A stretch of DNA of 64,000 nt from Candidatus Latescibacterota bacterium (GTDB lineage: Bacteria; Latescibacterota; UBA2968; UBA8231). Within the stretch, counting starts at the first letter, position 1. Every line of letters starts with the position of its first letter. Location of the stretch: the NCBI GenBank assembly GCA_964291625.2, contig OZ220090.1, positions 576,001 through 640,000 of the forward strand, read 5' to 3'. The position numbers were made by a program, and so were the translations under genes. Below the pieces are notes generated by a model. It ran no database searches, was not told where the DNA came from, and saw nothing but the letters and a program-made list of their open reading frames with translations. Of the stretch, positions 61,644 to 64,000 are shown in pieces.

Positions 61644-63143
61644 TCAACTCTGGGAGACTCTGCTCCAGGTCGCCCCCCGGACGTCGGGTCGCGGGAGCCC
61701 GGAGATTCGGTATCCCCGGATTCCCTCGTGAATCCTCTGAACGCTGACCTTGAGGATCCCGCTGACGGGAACGGCGATCAGCATGCCGACCACGCCCCCG
61801 AACTCGCTGCCAATCATCACCACCGTCAGCACCACCAGGGGATGGAGGGCGACGCTGCGGGCAACGACGATGGGCTGCACCAGCACGTTGTCGACGATCT
61901 GAATACACAGGAAGAGCAGGACCACCTTGGCCACCATGGCGCCGCCGCTCGCCGTGGCCAGGGCCACCCCGGTGGCCGAAGCGATGCCGATGACCGGTCC
62001 CAGGTAGGGGATCATGTTCGCCAGCCCGGCGGCGATGCCCACGGGAATGGCGTACGGCAGCTCCAGAAGGATCAGGCCCGTCACCGAGAGGAGGGCGACG
62101 ACGGAGACGGCGAGGAGCTGTCCGCGGATGTATCCGCCGATGGAGTGGTTGATGGAGTGTACGAGGTTCAGGGTCATCTCGAAGTAGGCGTTGGGGACCA
62201 TCTCCACCAGGGCACGGGTGATCCGCCGTCCTTCCTTGAGGAAGAAGAAGGCCACGAAGGGAACGAAGACCAGGAGCATGACGCCCGACAGGAAACCACT
62301 GAGCAGCCGGGTCGTCACCGAGCCGCTGAGGAACCTCGTCGTGCGCTCGAAGAGAACATCGACGAGCTGGTGGCTGTGGGTCGCGGCCCAAGTGGTGGCT
62401 GCGGCCATCGACTCCTCCCCGAAGCCTAGGTAGCGGCCGAGTCTCCAGGTCTTCGAGGTGATCCGCCGCACCAGGTGGGGTCCTGCCAGGCCGAAGTCGA
62501 GACCTCCCGCCGAGAGGGTCCACTCGCCCAAGGTCCTCCCACCTCCGTGGCGTCGCTCCCAGGCGCCCTTCTGATCTCCCCTCTCCATCAGGTTGCCGCG
62601 CAGAGGTACTGAGTGAGGGGTGCCGCCCAGGCCCTCCAGGACGAGGTTGCCCGCATGTTCGGCCACGTCCGGCGGAGCAAATTCGATCCTCAGGGCTGTC
62701 TGCTGTCCCGGCTCCAGAAAGAGCCGACCGTCCGGCGGATCGAGGAGGGCGAAGGGGTTGGTCTCGCCCTCGGGCCGGATGGTGGCGTGCGCTTCGATGG
62801 CCCGGTCCCCCCGGCCCGTGATGATGACCGTGGACTGGACGCTCTCGGGCCGCAGCAGGTCTTCGTAGAGATCGACCATCTCCCCGGTCATGCGCTTGCC
62901 GAGGGTGACCATCCCGAAGGCCGCCACGGCGAAGGTCGCCAGGAAGATCAGCAGGATGCTGGGCGCGCGTCTCAACCCCCTCGCCTCCATGCCGTCTACC
63001 AGCGGCGTCAGGACATAGGCGAGGACGAAGGCGAGCACGAAGGGAGCCAGGATGCCCCGAAGGAGGTATACCAGCCATAGGCCCAGGAGGGCCGTGACGA
63101 TGACGACCAGCAGCGCGATTCTGGGCCCGGGGAGGGAGCCCAT
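61644..63143 (-). CDS. AI-2E family transporter with inserted Ig-like domain
   Basis: PFVLAFVLAYVL.P, GGYIRGQL, NMIPYLGP, DNVLVQP, LHPL, GMLIAVP. Confidence 0.88.
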   Translation of the reverse strand: MGSLPGPRIALLVVIVTALLGLWLVYLLRGILAPFVLAFVLAYVLTPLVDGMEARGLRRAPSILLIFLATFAVAAFGMVTLGKRMTGEMVDLYEDLLRPESVQSTVIITGRGDRAIEAHATIRPEGETNPFALLDPPDGRLFLEPGQQTALRIEFAPPDVAEHAGNLVLEGLGGTPHSVPLRGNLMERGDQKGAWERRHGGGRTLGEWTLSAGGLDFGLAGPHLVRRITSKTWRLGRYLGFGEESMAAATTWAATHSHQLVDVLFERTTRFLSGSVTTRLLSGFLSGVMLLVFVPFVAFFFLKEGRRITRALVEMVPNAYFEMTLNLVHSINHSIGGYIRGQLLAVSVVALLSVTGLILLELPYAIPVGIAAGLANMIPYLGPVIGIASATGVALATASGGAMVAKVVLLFLCIQIVDNVLVQPIVVARSVALHPLVVLTVVMIGSEFGGVVGMLIAVPVSGILKVSVQRIHEGIRGYRISGLPRPDVRGATWSRVSQS

Positions 63144-63145
63144 GC

Positions 63146-63733
63146 TCAGCCCTCGGCCGGCGGGTCCTCGCCGGCCGAGGCTCCGTCCGCCGGCTCTCCG
63201 GAATCGGCCTCAGCCTCCAGCCGGCGCACCCGCTGCCGGGCCTCCCTGAGCAAGCGGTTGGTCTGGCGCAGCCGGACTGCGGCCATGCGCGAGAGCTGCA
63301 TCACGACCTTCAGTCCGATGCGGGGCTGGCTCTCGATCAGCTGCAGCAGCTCGGGACGGTAGAACCCCATGACCCTGGTCGGCTGCCGGGCCACCGCAGA
63401 AGCGGTGCGGGGCGACTCGTCGAGGAGCACCTGGTCTCCGAAGAAGTCCCCCTCCCCGAAGGTGGCGACCTCGACGGCGGCGCCCTCCCCCTCCTCCTGG
63501 AGGACCGCCACCTCTCCCGAGAGAATGACATACATGCCGACCCCCGGATCCCCCTCCCTGACGATGGCCTCCTCCGCCGCATAGGTGCGCGGATGGAGGA
63601 CCTCGCGGACGCGCTCGAATTCCCGGCGGCTCAGGTCCTGAAAGACCGGGACCTTGGACATCGCTTCGTAGAGTTCGTCACCGCCGCGGTCCCGGCGGCG
63701 GAAGAGGTTGCTCCAGAAGGGGTCCGGGGGCAT
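63146..63733 (-). CDS. Stand-alone cyclic nucleotide-binding domain protein
   Basis: VPVFQDL, EGDPG.GMYVILSGEV, GDFFGD..L..SPRTASA; no HTH. Confidence 0.88.
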   Translation of the reverse strand: MPPDPFWSNLFRRRDRGGDELYEAMSKVPVFQDLSRREFERVREVLHPRTYAAEEAIVREGDPGVGMYVILSGEVAVLQEEGEGAAVEVATFGEGDFFGDQVLLDESPRTASAVARQPTRVMGFYRPELLQLIESQPRIGLKVVMQLSRMAAVRLRQTNRLLREARQRVRRLEAEADSGEPADGASAGEDPPAEG

Positions 63734-63768
63734 GGGCGGTCGGCGGGATCGGAATGTACCGCGGAAGA

Positions 63769-64000
63769 TCAGGCCAGGACGGCGTCCAGCTTCTCGGTAA
63801 TCTGCACCTTGGGAACGGCGCCGATGACCTGATCGGCGACCTTGCCCTCTCGGAAGATGAGGAGGGTGGGAATGCTGCGGATTCCGTATTCCTGCGCCGT
63901 CTTCTGAGCCGAGTCGACGTCGAGCTTGCCGACCTTGGCACGCCCCAAGTACTCGCCCGCCAGCTCCTCGACGATGGGCGAGACCATCCGGCAAGGCCCG
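63769..64000 (-). CDS. trxA: Thioredoxin (5' truncated by window)
   Basis: ...GPCRMVSP, KLDVD, YGIRSIPTL, IGAVPK. Confidence 0.93.
   Translation of the reverse strand, partial: GPCRMVSPIVEELAGEYLGRAKVGKLDVDSAQKTAQEYGIRSIPTLLIFREGKVADQVIGAVPKVQITEKLDAVLA

Overview
High-GC (roughly 70% by eye) bacterial chromosome segment made up mostly of housekeeping genes. A + strand block (der, MerR-family regulator, rimP-nusA-infB-DUF503-rbfA-truB-riboflavin kinase-rpsO-pnp-asnS-leuS; 1-14878) converges on a long - strand block (mutL ... hprK, rsgA, two prs paralogs, apt, hemB, metB-like, thrC, thiT, a small microcompartment satellite locus, ychF, NFACT, valS; 16261-38486). At the convergence point sits a single Xer-like tyrosine recombinase with three AT-rich, 28-bp dif-like sites (11-6-11, TAA-N6-TTA), one downstream and two upstream of the gene. 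This is the most striking unexplained structure and may be a single-recombinase dimer-resolution locus or a self-flanked recombinase module. The rest holds a murQ-AKR-DSD1-sulfatase-like operon, an archaeal-type FAD synthase (complementing the kinase-only ribF), an M16 peptidase pair, trmJ-like, gmd, gcvP, a homopolymer-frameshifted gcvT, coaE, hflKC, clpP, epmA, clpX, a cold-shock fusion, an AI-2E permease with an Ig-like insert, a cNMP-binding protein and a partial trxA. I found no rRNA, tRNA, CRISPR array, IS or prophage. All calls come from motif recognition by eye; no database search was run, and several start codons are my own estimates.
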